41,029 nucleotides of DNA from an uncultured Myxococcales bacterium (GCA_965533395.1 CBESWY010000001.1:1-41029), one strand, 5' to 3'. Positions 27,425 to 36,348 are shown, counted from the stretch's first letter. Translations and numbers: made by a program. The notes: generated by a model from the letters alone, not told the origin.

Positions 27425-27799
27425 TCAGCCCTGGCAGTTCGAATCCGGGTCACGGGTGATCATCGAACGGAGCGAATCCTGGTGAGCGATCCAGGCGTCG
27501 ACCACCTCGGCGGGCGCGCCGTGGTCGCGAAGGGTGTCGAGCAGAATCTGCCTGCGGCGATCGAACTGCCCGCCAAAGATCCTGTGTGGACGGTGGACTT
27601 CGTCGAGGGGTCGGCCGCCGTACTGGATCTCGGCCCCAAGGTTCTTCGCAGCGTGCTCGTACTCGAAGCGTTTGATTCGTTGGCGCTCCGCGCGCGCGAA
27701 GAGAAAGCCGATCATCCCGTCGTCGAAGCATCGATCCACGAAGTCGTCGACAATCGCGCGTAACTTCGGCTCCCCGCCGAGCTCTTCGAATAGGCTCAT
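27425..27799 (-). CDS. truncated (2-on-2) hemoglobin-family protein, group I-like
   Basis: 124 aa. LFEELGGEPKLRAIVDDFVDR, FLFARAERQRIKRFEYEHAAKNLGAEIQYGGRPLDEVHRPHRI and GGQFDRRRQILLDTL align by eye with trHbN-type globins. Its stop is 2 nt from the rsgA ATG. Confidence 0.75.
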   Translation of the reverse strand: MSLFEELGGEPKLRAIVDDFVDRCFDDGMIGFLFARAERQRIKRFEYEHAAKNLGAEIQYGGRPLDEVHRPHRIFGGQFDRRRQILLDTLRDHGAPAEVVDAWIAHQDSLRSMITRDPDSNCQG

Positions 27800-27880
27800 C
27801 TAGTCGATGACCCTGAGCCAATGCCGCCCGTCGATCAAGTTGCGCGATGGTGACCGCCGACCTAACACGAAAGGCAAGTC

Positions 27881-29218
27881 ATGACCGAAGACGACCGGGA
27901 GCTCTCCGAGCACGCGTTTGGCCTTTGCCAGCAACTGATTCGGATCGACACGACTAACCCTCCAGGCAACGAGTTGCCTGCCGCGGAGCTGCTCGCCGCA
28001 GAGCTCAGCAGCTCCGGTTTGGAACCCCTCGTGATCCAGAGCGCACCCGGGCGGGGAAACGTCGTCGCCCGCCTACGCGGCTCGGGCGAGCTGCCACCGC
28101 TGCTGCTCACCGCCCACCTCGACGTCGTCGAGGCGGAGCCTTCGTCCTGGGAGCATCCACCTTTTTGCGGTGAGGTTCACGATGGCTGCCTCTGGGGTCG
28201 CGGGGCAATCGACATGAAGAACATGGCAGCCATGTCGGTTGCCATCATGACCCGGCTTGCGCGCGAAGGAGTGAAACCCAAGCGCGATCTCATCTTCGCC
28301 GGGGTGGCCGACGAGGAGGCGGGTTGCCGTCATGGTTCGCTTTGGCTTTGCGAGAACCACCGTGACCTGGTTCAGAGTGAGTTCGCAATCGGGGAGGGCG
28401 GCGGCTTCAACATCCAAGTTGCCGGCAAGAGCTTGTTCACGGTGCAAGTTGCGGAGAAGGGCGTGTGCTGGGTTCGCGCGCGAGCGACCGGGGAACCGGG
28501 TCACGGCTCGATGCCGCGTGAAGACTCCGCGGTCGTTCGACTGAGCGAGGCGATTGCACGCTTGGGCCGGCAGGGCTTGCCGCGCCACGCCTCGGAGTCG
28601 GTCGAGGGCTTCATCGGCGCGATCGCCTCGCACTTGCCCGCTCCCTTGCGGCCGCTCATCAAGATGCTGGCCAGTCCGACATTTGGTCCGGCCATGCTCA
28701 ATGTGCTGCCCGACCCCGGAGCACGGCGTGCGTTCCGCGCACTGCTTGGCAACACGGCATCGCCGACGGTGCTCCGCGCCGGGAACAAGACCAACGTCAT
28801 CCCAGGCATTGCCGAGGCCGAAATCGATGGCCGGATCTTGCCGGGTCAGAGCCAAGATGACTTTCTGCGCGAGCTCGCCGACGTTTTGGGTCAAGACATC
28901 GAGCTCGAGGTAATGCATTCGCTTCCACCGGTCGTGACCAAGCCCAAGGAGTCGTCCTTGTATTCGTTGATTCACGAGGTCATGCGCGAGCGTGCGCCCG
29001 ATGCGCCCGTGGTTCCGTTCATCTTGCAAGGCTTCACCGATGCGAAGGCGTTCAGCTCAATCGGGGCCAAGTGGTATGGCTTCGCGCCCGTGAAGCTTCC
29101 GCCTACGCTCCGCTTCGCCGACATGTTCCATGGGCACAACGAGAGAATCCCAGTCGAGGGCCTGGCTTGGGGGACGCAAACCTTGATGGAAGTCGTGCGC
29201 CGCTGCATTGGCGCGTAG
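27881..29218 (+). CDS. M20-family metallopeptidase/deacylase (ArgE/DapE/ACY1/CPG2 type)
   Basis: 445 aa. LTAHLDVVE, RGAIDMKN and VADEEAG (catalytic and metal-binding Glu pair), and a C-terminal FHGHNERI. Confidence 0.88.
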   Translation: MTEDDRELSEHAFGLCQQLIRIDTTNPPGNELPAAELLAAELSSSGLEPLVIQSAPGRGNVVARLRGSGELPPLLLTAHLDVVEAEPSSWEHPPFCGEVHDGCLWGRGAIDMKNMAAMSVAIMTRLAREGVKPKRDLIFAGVADEEAGCRHGSLWLCENHRDLVQSEFAIGEGGGFNIQVAGKSLFTVQVAEKGVCWVRARATGEPGHGSMPREDSAVVRLSEAIARLGRQGLPRHASESVEGFIGAIASHLPAPLRPLIKMLASPTFGPAMLNVLPDPGARRAFRALLGNTASPTVLRAGNKTNVIPGIAEAEIDGRILPGQSQDDFLRELADVLGQDIELEVMHSLPPVVTKPKESSLYSLIHEVMRERAPDAPVVPFILQGFTDAKAFSSIGAKWYGFAPVKLPPTLRFADMFHGHNERIPVEGLAWGTQTLMEVVRRCIGA

Positions 29219-29301
29219 TTTTCGCCCCTCAGGCTTCGGTTGGCCAGTTCGCGCTTTCCATCTGCGCGAAGATCGGAGATCCTCCCACCGGTCCGGCCGG
29301 G

Positions 29302-31332
29302 GTGGTCTTGCAAAAGAGTCTTCACGACAGTGAGATCTTACTCGACCTGACTGCTAGCGATCTGCAGGGTCTGGTCGAGCAGGCGGGTGATGCGCTCGTC
29401 CGCCTCGGCAAGCTGAGTGGGCGCCAACGCGGGGCGATTCAAGCGACGCTCGACGAGAGGGGCGAGGGAGATCTCCATGACCTCGGCGGCGGGGTGGGCG
29501 TGCTTCGCGTTCGTTACGAGGCGCAGAACGGTGATGTCTACCGCTGCTCGCTCATGCGCGTTCCCGAAGGCGTCCGCGCGAGCGACCACGAAAAGGTTCA
29601 CTATGTCTGGCTCATCGTTGCGCCGTACGGCGCTTCCACTCCACCGAATGAGGACCTGGAGCCTTTCGGATGGATGTTGCACGACGACCGGTTCAGCGCG
29701 TCGATCATCGGCGCCAACGATCCAATGCAAGTGCTCGCCACGTACCAGCTCTATCTAGAGTACGTCGAAGCGCCGCCCGACGAACGAAGGCCTTCGCTCG
29801 TTCCAAGTTATCCGAGCATACCGCCACCTGTCACTGGCGTTGCAGCGGGGCTCATCGCGGACATTCGCCGAAAGCTTCCCTTCTATGCGAGCGACTTCGT
29901 CGACGGATTCAACGTCAAGGGCCTGGCAACGATTCTATTCTTGTTCTTTGCCTGTTTGGCGCCCTCAATTGCCTTCGGTGGGCTATTGGCATTTCTGACC
30001 GACGGTGAAATCGGCGCCGTCGAGGCTCTTCTCGCGACCGCAATTGGAGGGGTAGTCTACGCCCTGTTCTCCGGGCAGCCGCTCACGCTTCTCGGAAGCA
30101 CGGGCCCGGTCACCATCTTCCTCGCTCTCCTCTACCTTCTTTGCAAGCAACTCGGCGTCGCCTTCCTTCCTGGCTTGTTCTGGATCGGCATCTGGACCGC
30201 GGTGATCATGCTGGTGTTGGCCGTCACCAACACGAGTCGCTACATCCAACACTTCACACGCTTCACCGACGAGATTTTCGGGGCGCTGATCGCTCTGATT
30301 TTCATCACCGAAGCCTTCCGCGACATTTTTGGCGACATCTTCGGTCCAGAAGTGGCGACAAACGGGGAGCTTCTGGCGCTCATCCTCGCACTCGGGACGT
30401 ACATGATCGCCCAGCAGCTCTCGAGGCTCCAGCAGAAACCGCTCCTCACCAAAACCGTGCGCGAGTTTCTAGCGGACTTCGGGCCGACCATCGCGATCTT
30501 TACGATGACGGCGGCAGCCTGGGCGATGCACCCCATCGAGCTCGAGCACCTGGCCGTTCCCCACCAGTTCACCACGACGAGCGGGCGACCTTGGCTGGTC
30601 GACCCGACGGACGTGCCGGGTTGGTTTCCACTGGCCGCTATACCGATCGCGGGCTTGGCGGCCGTGCTCCTTTTCTTGGATCAGAACATCACCGTCCGCC
30701 TGGTCAATAGCCCACAGCACCGGCTCAAGAAGGGCGCCGGCTATAACCTGGACATGGCGGTGATCGCCGTACTCGTGGCGATTTGCGCGACCATCGGGCT
30801 GCCGTGGGTCGTTGCCGCGACGGTTCGATCGCTCAATCACACTCGCAGCCTTGCAACCGTCCGTCATCACGCGCGGGGGGAACACATCATTTCGGTCATG
30901 GAGAACCGGCTCACCCCGCTCGTCGTTCACCTGTTGATCGGGGCATCCTTGCTCGTTCTCGGCCTGCTTCGCGCGATTCCGATGTCCGTCGTGTTCGGCT
31001 TGTTTCTGTTCATGGGTATCGCGTCGCTCCGCGGCAATCAGTTCGTCGACCGCCTCAAGCTCTGGGTCACGGACCCGACCCTGTATCCGCCCACGCACTA
31101 CATCCGCCGCGTCTCGCGGACGGTGCTTCACAGCTTCACGTTGGTTCAGCTCGCTTGCTTGGCCGTGCTCTGGTTTGTGAAGGGGTCGTCGTTAGGTGTT
31201 TTGTTCCCACTTTGCATCGCGCTTCTCGTTCCAATCCGCCATTCCCTCGGACGGATTTACAGCCAAAAAGACCTGGCCTTCTTGGACGCAGACGAGAACC
31301 CCGAAGAGGAACAGTTCAGAGAAATGGACTAG
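29302..31332 (+). CDS. SLC4/band-3 (anion exchanger/HCO3- transporter, TC 2.A.31) family transporter with N-terminal band-3-cytoplasmic/PTS-EIIA-2-like domain
   Basis: The membrane-domain start ILFLFFACLAPSIAFGGLLAFLTDGEIGAVEALLATAIGGVVYALFSGQPLTLLGSTGPVTIF closely parallels the AE1 TM1-3 signature (recalled from memory: ...YFAALSPAITFGGLL...GAQPLLVVGFSGPLLVF). About 12-14 TM segments and an acidic C-tail. No ATG lies after the M20 stop until well inside the N-domain, so the start is probably GTG 29302 or TTG 29308. The track start at 29071 overlaps the M20 gene. Confidence 0.85.
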   Translation: MVLQKSLHDSEILLDLTASDLQGLVEQAGDALVRLGKLSGRQRGAIQATLDERGEGDLHDLGGGVGVLRVRYEAQNGDVYRCSLMRVPEGVRASDHEKVHYVWLIVAPYGASTPPNEDLEPFGWMLHDDRFSASIIGANDPMQVLATYQLYLEYVEAPPDERRPSLVPSYPSIPPPVTGVAAGLIADIRRKLPFYASDFVDGFNVKGLATILFLFFACLAPSIAFGGLLAFLTDGEIGAVEALLATAIGGVVYALFSGQPLTLLGSTGPVTIFLALLYLLCKQLGVAFLPGLFWIGIWTAVIMLVLAVTNTSRYIQHFTRFTDEIFGALIALIFITEAFRDIFGDIFGPEVATNGELLALILALGTYMIAQQLSRLQQKPLLTKTVREFLADFGPTIAIFTMTAAAWAMHPIELEHLAVPHQFTTTSGRPWLVDPTDVPGWFPLAAIPIAGLAAVLLFLDQNITVRLVNSPQHRLKKGAGYNLDMAVIAVLVAICATIGLPWVVAATVRSLNHTRSLATVRHHARGEHIISVMENRLTPLVVHLLIGASLLVLGLLRAIPMSVVFGLFLFMGIASLRGNQFVDRLKLWVTDPTLYPPTHYIRRVSRTVLHSFTLVQLACLAVLWFVKGSSLGVLFPLCIALLVPIRHSLGRIYSQKDLAFLDADENPEEEQFREMD

Positions 31333-31373
31333 ATCGGGACACGGAATTCTCGGATGCCTGCCGTGGTTCCCGT

Positions 31374-31973
31374 ATGCTTTGCCCGATGCCCCGCTCCATC
31401 CCCCTGCGTCTTCTCTCCGACCGCGATCACTACGAGCAGGTCATGCAGGCGGTGTTGGGGGCCGAGCAGAGTGTCTGGGTCGCGACCGCCAACCTCAAGG
31501 ACGTCATGGTCGAGGATCCTCGGGTCGTCCCCGGTCGTCGCCGCGGGCGCCGTGGCAACTACCGATCCGTTCTCGAGGTGTTCGCGGAGCTTGCGCGACG
31601 TGGGGTCGAGCTGCGAATCCTACACGCGTCCGTCCCGTCGCGAGCGTACCGCCGAAGCTTCGATGCCCAGCCCGACCTCGTCGCAGGCGGAATCGAAATG
31701 CGCGTCTGTCCAAGAGTCCACCTCAAGACGGTCGTGGTAGACGCCCGGCTGGTTTATCTTGGAAGCGCCAACTGGACCGGCGCGGGTCTCGGCGCCAAGG
31801 GTGACGGCCGCCGCAACTTCGAAATGGGCATCCTCACGTCCGATGAACAAACCATCGACCAAGTCCAAGAACGCTACGACCGAATCTGGCGCGGCGCCGA
31901 ATGCGCCGACTGCCGCCTCCGCGAGGAATGCGAAATGCCTTTGGACGAAATTTCGTCGCGCCGTGTAACGTAG
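31374..31973 (+). CDS. phospholipase D-superfamily protein with a single HKD motif (Nuc-like)
   Basis: HLKTVVVDARLVYLGSANWT is H-x-K-x4-D-x6-GSxN; about 199 aa. Starts 41 nt after the SLC4 stop. The track ORF (from 30783) is an off-frame 5' extension across the SLC4 3' end. An alternative ATG is at 31386. Confidence 0.8.
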   Translation: MLCPMPRSIPLRLLSDRDHYEQVMQAVLGAEQSVWVATANLKDVMVEDPRVVPGRRRGRRGNYRSVLEVFAELARRGVELRILHASVPSRAYRRSFDAQPDLVAGGIEMRVCPRVHLKTVVVDARLVYLGSANWTGAGLGAKGDGRRNFEMGILTSDEQTIDQVQERYDRIWRGAECADCRLREECEMPLDEISSRRVT

Positions 31974-31977
31974 GTGC

Positions 31978-33804
31978 CTAGTCTTCGAACTGGCCGCGCG
32001 CTTTTAGCGCGTCCATGATGATCTCGACGGCCTTGTCGATTCTCATTTCGTCGAGCGCGACGGTGATGTCCGGGTCCTCCGGAGCCTCGAACTGGGAGAA
32101 GTCGGCGTCTGGCCGGCGCTCGCGGCAAAGGGCTTCATCGGTGTTCACGTAGACTTGGATGACGCGGTCTTCACCGATGCGCGCCTTGAGCTTGTCTCGG
32201 TCCGTACGCGTAGGGCTCGGGAAGGCGCAGATGTTGATGAGGCCCGCGTCGGTCACGGCCTTCGCGGCGGAGATCATCGATCGAAGATCCTCACCGACGG
32301 GGTTGACCACCGTCGCCGTACGACCATCATCGAAGAGCCTCCGTTCGAGAGCGTACGCCAGAGTCCAACGGCCCGAGCCAGGAAAACCCTGGAGCCAAAC
32401 CGTCGCGCCGCGCTGGCCGAAGCGCTCCATGCGCTCGTTGTTGCTCACGAAGGTCTTGGGCTCCATCGCCGATTCGGCGTGCAGCTCCTTCATGACTTCG
32501 CCGATGTTCTGATCGGCGCCTTCGAGCGAGATCATGCCCGCGGCCACGGTGTTGTTCGTCAGCGAATCGATGACGATGAAAGCACCCGTTTCACGATTGC
32601 GCTGGTAGTCGTCGACGTACAGCGCTCGGTGGCAGCTCAGCCGAACTCGGGCGATGTCGTTCAGCGCGATGCCGTCGGTCTCTTTCTCTTCGAGGCTGTC
32701 CATGTCGATCTCGCAGTAGATCTTGTCTATCTGGGCGCGGACCGTCTGTGTGGTGTGCTTGACCAGGTATGCCTTTTCGGTGTCGAGCGGCTTCTCGTGC
32801 ATCCAGACCAGATGTGCATCGAAGCGGCGCGTGACGCGCGGCAGGTTGTCCGGCTTGACGATCATGTCGCCCCGGCTGATGTCGATCTCGTCGTCGAGTC
32901 GAATCGTCACCGATTGGCCGGCGAACGCCTCGTCGAGCTCGCCGTCGTAGGTGTCGATGGCCTTGACTTTCGACGTCCTGCCCGAGGGAAGGGCCACGAT
33001 GTCGTCGCCCTTGGCGATGACGCCCGCGGCGACTTCGGCAGCGAACCCCCGATAGTCGAGATCAGGCCGGATGACGTACTGCACCGGATAGCGGAAATCC
33101 GTGAAATTCCGGTCCTCGAATACCGGAACCGTCTCGAGATAGCCGAGGACGTTCGGTCCATCGTACCAAGGCGTCTTCTCGCTGTCGCTCACCACGTTGT
33201 CACCAACCAGCGCGCTCACAGGGAAGAACTGAATGTCTTTGAAGCGCAGCGTCTTGCCAAACTCCATGAAGTCGGCGCAGATCTCTTCGTAAACCTTCTG
33301 GGAGTAGTCCTCGAGATCCATCTTGTTGACGCAAACCGCAAGATGGGGAATGCCAAGTAGAGAGGCGATGTATGCGTGCCGGCGCGACTGCTGTAGGACG
33401 CCGTGCCGTGCGTCGATCAGAATCAATGCCACGTCGGCGGTCGAAGCGCCTGTGACCATGTTGCGCGTGTACTGAATGTGCCCCGGCGTGTCCGCGATGA
33501 TGAACTTTCGCTTGTCGGTCGCGAAGTAGCGGTACGCCACGTCGATGGTGATGCCTTGCTCGCGCTCGGCCTTGAGCCCATCGGTGAGGAGCGCGAGGTC
33601 CGGCTCTTCCGTCTGCGATGCGGCTCGGACGGCGGCCATCTGGTCTTCGAACACCATGCCGGTGTCGTAGAGGATGCGTCCGATGAGCGTGGATTTGCCA
33701 TCGTCGACCGAGCCGACCGATACGAACCGGAGCAGCTCCTTCTTTCGATACTTCGCGAGGTAAGCCTCGATATCCTCGCGAATCAGGTCTTTTTCGTCCG
33801 TCAT
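31978..33804 (-). CDS. cysN: sulfate adenylyltransferase subunit 1 (CysN GTPase) fused to an APS-kinase-like C-terminal domain
   Basis: Starts MTDEKDLIREDIEAYL...VGSVDDGKSTLIGR (G1), DTPGH, NKMD. The C-terminal region of about 150 aa aligns with CysC but has GFPGSGRWT in place of the GLSGSGKST P-loop. The track ORF carries a spurious 63-codon 5' extension into cysD. Confidence 0.92.
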   Translation of the reverse strand: MTDEKDLIREDIEAYLAKYRKKELLRFVSVGSVDDGKSTLIGRILYDTGMVFEDQMAAVRAASQTEEPDLALLTDGLKAEREQGITIDVAYRYFATDKRKFIIADTPGHIQYTRNMVTGASTADVALILIDARHGVLQQSRRHAYIASLLGIPHLAVCVNKMDLEDYSQKVYEEICADFMEFGKTLRFKDIQFFPVSALVGDNVVSDSEKTPWYDGPNVLGYLETVPVFEDRNFTDFRYPVQYVIRPDLDYRGFAAEVAAGVIAKGDDIVALPSGRTSKVKAIDTYDGELDEAFAGQSVTIRLDDEIDISRGDMIVKPDNLPRVTRRFDAHLVWMHEKPLDTEKAYLVKHTTQTVRAQIDKIYCEIDMDSLEEKETDGIALNDIARVRLSCHRALYVDDYQRNRETGAFIVIDSLTNNTVAAGMISLEGADQNIGEVMKELHAESAMEPKTFVSNNERMERFGQRGATVWLQGFPGSGRWTLAYALERRLFDDGRTATVVNPVGEDLRSMISAAKAVTDAGLINICAFPSPTRTDRDKLKARIGEDRVIQVYVNTDEALCRERRPDADFSQFEAPEDPDITVALDEMRIDKAVEIIMDALKARGQFED

Positions 33805-33833
33805 GGCGTTCCCTAGAAGAGCCCAGCGCGGGC

Positions 33834-34748
33834 CTAGAAGTAGCCCTCGCGCTTTTTGACTTCCATCGACCCCTCTTCGTCGAAGTCGATGAGACGCCCC
33901 TGCCTCTCGGAGAAGCGGTTGAGGAGCATTTCTTGGATGACTTTGGGCACCGTCTCGGCCTCCGATTCGACGGCGCCGCTGAGCGGATAGCAACCGAGTG
34001 TCCGAAAGCGCACCTTTTTCATCTGCGGCTCTTCACCGGGTTCGAGCCGCATACGGTCGTCGTCAACCAAAATCCAGGTACCGGAGCGCTCGACCACCGG
34101 CCGCTCCTTTGCGAAGTAGAGTGGCACGACCGGAATGCCCTCGAGCCAGACGTAAAGCCAAACGTCGAGCTCCGTCCAGTTGCTCAACGGGAACACGCGA
34201 ACGTTCTCGCCCTTTTTGATTTTCGCGTTGAAGACATTCCAGAGCTCAGGGCGCTGGTTCTTCGGGTCCCACTGGTGGTGGCTGTCGCGGAACGAAAAAA
34301 TGCGTTCCTTCGCGCGGGACTTTTCCTCGTCGCGCCGCGCGCCACCAAATGCGCAGTCGAACTCATACTTCGAGAGCGCTTGCTTCAGCGCCTCGGTTTT
34401 CATGATGTCGGTGTATTTCTTGCTCCCGAAGTCGAAGGGGTTCATTCCCATCGCAACGCCATCGGCATTCGTATACTTGATCAACTCGGCGTTGACGGTG
34501 GCCTCGATCGTGTCGCGGTACCGGTACATGTCCTGGAACTTCCAGGTGGTATCCACGTGGAGAAGTGGAAACGGCAGTGGCCCGGGGGCGAACGCCTTCT
34601 CGGCGAGTCGAAGCATGACCGAGGAGTCTTTCCCGACGGAATACATCATGACGGGATTGTCGAACTCGGCCGCCGCCTCGCGGATGATTTGAAGGCTCTC
34701 CGCTTCTAGCTGGCGGAGCTGGCTTAGTTTGCGCGCGCTTGCTTGCAC
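33834..34748 (-). CDS. cysD: sulfate adenylyltransferase subunit 2
   Basis: 304 aa. [22 protein letters not shown] and [12 protein letters not shown] (PP-loop SGGKDS-type) match CysD. GTG start with AGGAAAAG upstream. Confidence 0.95.
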   Translation of the reverse strand: MQASARKLSQLRQLEAESLQIIREAAAEFDNPVMMYSVGKDSSVMLRLAEKAFAPGPLPFPLLHVDTTWKFQDMYRYRDTIEATVNAELIKYTNADGVAMGMNPFDFGSKKYTDIMKTEALKQALSKYEFDCAFGGARRDEEKSRAKERIFSFRDSHHQWDPKNQRPELWNVFNAKIKKGENVRVFPLSNWTELDVWLYVWLEGIPVVPLYFAKERPVVERSGTWILVDDDRMRLEPGEEPQMKKVRFRTLGCYPLSGAVESEAETVPKVIQEMLLNRFSERQGRLIDFDEEGSMEVKKREGYF

Positions 34749-34874
34749 CGGCTTTTCCTAGGGCAGACGTCGATTGGACGCCAGTCTATACGCGAGATTT
34801 GTGCGAGTTCAATCCCGAACGTCGCTCGTGAAAGCAGCGCACGCGGCGTCATGCTAAGAAGCAGACTGTATCAA

Positions 34875-35420
34875 ATGTCGGCTATCGTTTGGATGGATAT
34901 GGAGATGTCTGGGCTCGAGCCCGAGACCGATCGCATTTTGGAGGTCGCGGTGCTCGTCACCGACGGCGAGCTCAACGTCGTCGCCGAGGGGCCCAATCTG
35001 GTGCTGCATCAGTCGGAGGAGGTCCTCTCTGCCATGGATGAGTGGAACACCTCGCACCACGGGCAATCGGGTTTGACCCAGCGGGTTCGCGAGTCGACCG
35101 TCGACGAGGCCCAAGCGTCTGCCGCGCTTCTCGGCTTTTTCTCCGAGCACACCAAGAAGAACAAAGCGCCGCTCGCCGGCAACTCGATTCATCAAGACCG
35201 CCGCTTCGTCGCCCGCTACCTTCCCGAGGTCGAGGACTGGCTTCACTACCGCAACGTCGACGTTTCGACAATCAAAGAGCTGGGGCGGCGCTGGTACCCG
35301 AAGCAATACGCCGGGCGCCCCACGAAGAAGGGTAGCCATCGTGCGATGGACGACCTGATGGAGTCGATCGAAGAGCTGAAGTACTACCGGAAGGCCTTGT
35401 TCCTGCCCGCGGAATCATGA
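34875..35420 (+). CDS. orn: oligoribonuclease
   Basis: 181 aa from MSAIVWMDMEMSGLEPETDRILE (DEDDh Exo I), then NSIHQDRRF and SHRAMDDLMESIEELKYYR (Exo III). The track ORF has a 44-codon 5' extension. Confidence 0.93.
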   Translation: MSAIVWMDMEMSGLEPETDRILEVAVLVTDGELNVVAEGPNLVLHQSEEVLSAMDEWNTSHHGQSGLTQRVRESTVDEAQASAALLGFFSEHTKKNKAPLAGNSIHQDRRFVARYLPEVEDWLHYRNVDVSTIKELGRRWYPKQYAGRPTKKGSHRAMDDLMESIEELKYYRKALFLPAES

Positions 35421-36313
35421 GGCTCGGGGCGATGCTATTGCTGGTTTGTGCGGGCTGTGCGGGAGCGGTGAAGCCCGACCCGCAGACGGCCGAGTCGATC
35501 GTCCGCAGCCAATCCGCGGCGATTTCCCTGGTCGACGCGGCGACCGGAAAGTCGATCGAACCGGAGGCGTTTCTCGCTGTCCTTCGGACGAAGGCGGTGA
35601 TCTACGTGGGTGAGCGCCACGACCATCCCGGCGATCACGGCGCACAATATGCAATTCTCAGGGAACTGCATCGGGACGAGGCATCCCTCGCAATCGGAAT
35701 GGAGATGTTCCAAGTTCCGTTCCAGGAGCCGCTCGACAAATGGAGCGCCGGAGAGATCGACGAGACCGTGCTCCGGCGGGACACCGAGTATGACAAGCGC
35801 TGGGGCTTCGACTTCAGCATGTACCGTCCGATCCTCGAGTACGCGCGGAACCGAGGCATCGAGGTCGTCGCGCTCAACGCCCCGAAGGAGCTAGCCTTTG
35901 CCGTTGCGAAGGATGGCGTCGATGGGCTACCTCCGGAGCTGGCCTCGGACTTGCCAGAGCTCGACCTCGGGAACGAGGAACACCGCGGCCTTTTCGACGC
36001 CGAGTTCGACGTCGGGGAGCACGCGGCCGAAGACGGAGTCGATCGGTACTACCAGGCGCAGGTCGTTTGGGATGAGACCATGGGCTCCCGCGTGGCCGAG
36101 ACGCTTGGGCGGGACGATGGGCCAGCCAAGATGGTCGTGTTCGCCGGCCGGGTGCACGTAAAGCGGGGCCTCGGCATCCCCGACAGGGCGGCAAAGCGCG
36201 GCGCAACGCCCTATGCCGTGGTCCTTCCCGTGACCAAGCAAGAGCTCAAAGCGGAGCTGAAATTGCCGCCGGAAGAACGCTCAGCGGACTTTTTCTGGGC
36301 TTTGGAGAATTGA
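35417..36313 (+). CDS. ChaN-family (Tiki/Cofac_haem_bdg superfamily) putative lipoprotein
   Basis: Signal/lipobox-like MRLGAMLLLVCAGCAG. VIYVGERHDHPGDH...QYAILRELH and QVVWDETM blocks are typical of ChaN-like haem-binding lipoproteins. Its ATG overlaps the orn stop (ATGA). Confidence 0.7.
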   Translation: MRLGAMLLLVCAGCAGAVKPDPQTAESIVRSQSAAISLVDAATGKSIEPEAFLAVLRTKAVIYVGERHDHPGDHGAQYAILRELHRDEASLAIGMEMFQVPFQEPLDKWSAGEIDETVLRRDTEYDKRWGFDFSMYRPILEYARNRGIEVVALNAPKELAFAVAKDGVDGLPPELASDLPELDLGNEEHRGLFDAEFDVGEHAAEDGVDRYYQAQVVWDETMGSRVAETLGRDDGPAKMVVFAGRVHVKRGLGIPDRAAKRGATPYAVVLPVTKQELKAELKLPPEERSADFFWALEN

Positions 36314-36323
36314 GTTCGCGACT

Positions 36324-36348
36324 GTTTGCGCGGCTGCCTCGCGCAAAC
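36324..36348. other. 9-bp inverted repeat GTTTGCGCG-N7-CGCGCAAAC (hairpin or operator between chaN-like gene and fadA)
   Basis: Perfect 9-bp arms, 11 nt after the ChaN-family stop and 82 nt before the fadA ATG. No following T-tract, so not a canonical intrinsic terminator. Followed by GAACACGTTC (36351-36360). Confidence 0.45.

Noticed and set aside
28073-29029. 318-aa ORF antisense to the M20 peptidase gene
   Set aside because: High-GC antisense artefact. M20 motifs are on the plus strand.
29071-29301. ATG-initiated 5' extension of the SLC4 ORF overlapping the M20 gene by 148 nt
   Set aside because: The extension is Arg/Pro-rich off-frame sequence of the M20 3' end. The band-3-like domain begins downstream, so a GTG or TTG start after the M20 stop is more plausible.
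30783-31373. 197-codon 5' extension of the PLD-family ORF across the SLC4 3' end
   Set aside because: It is an off-frame read of the well-supported transporter gene. The PLD homology starts only after 31374.
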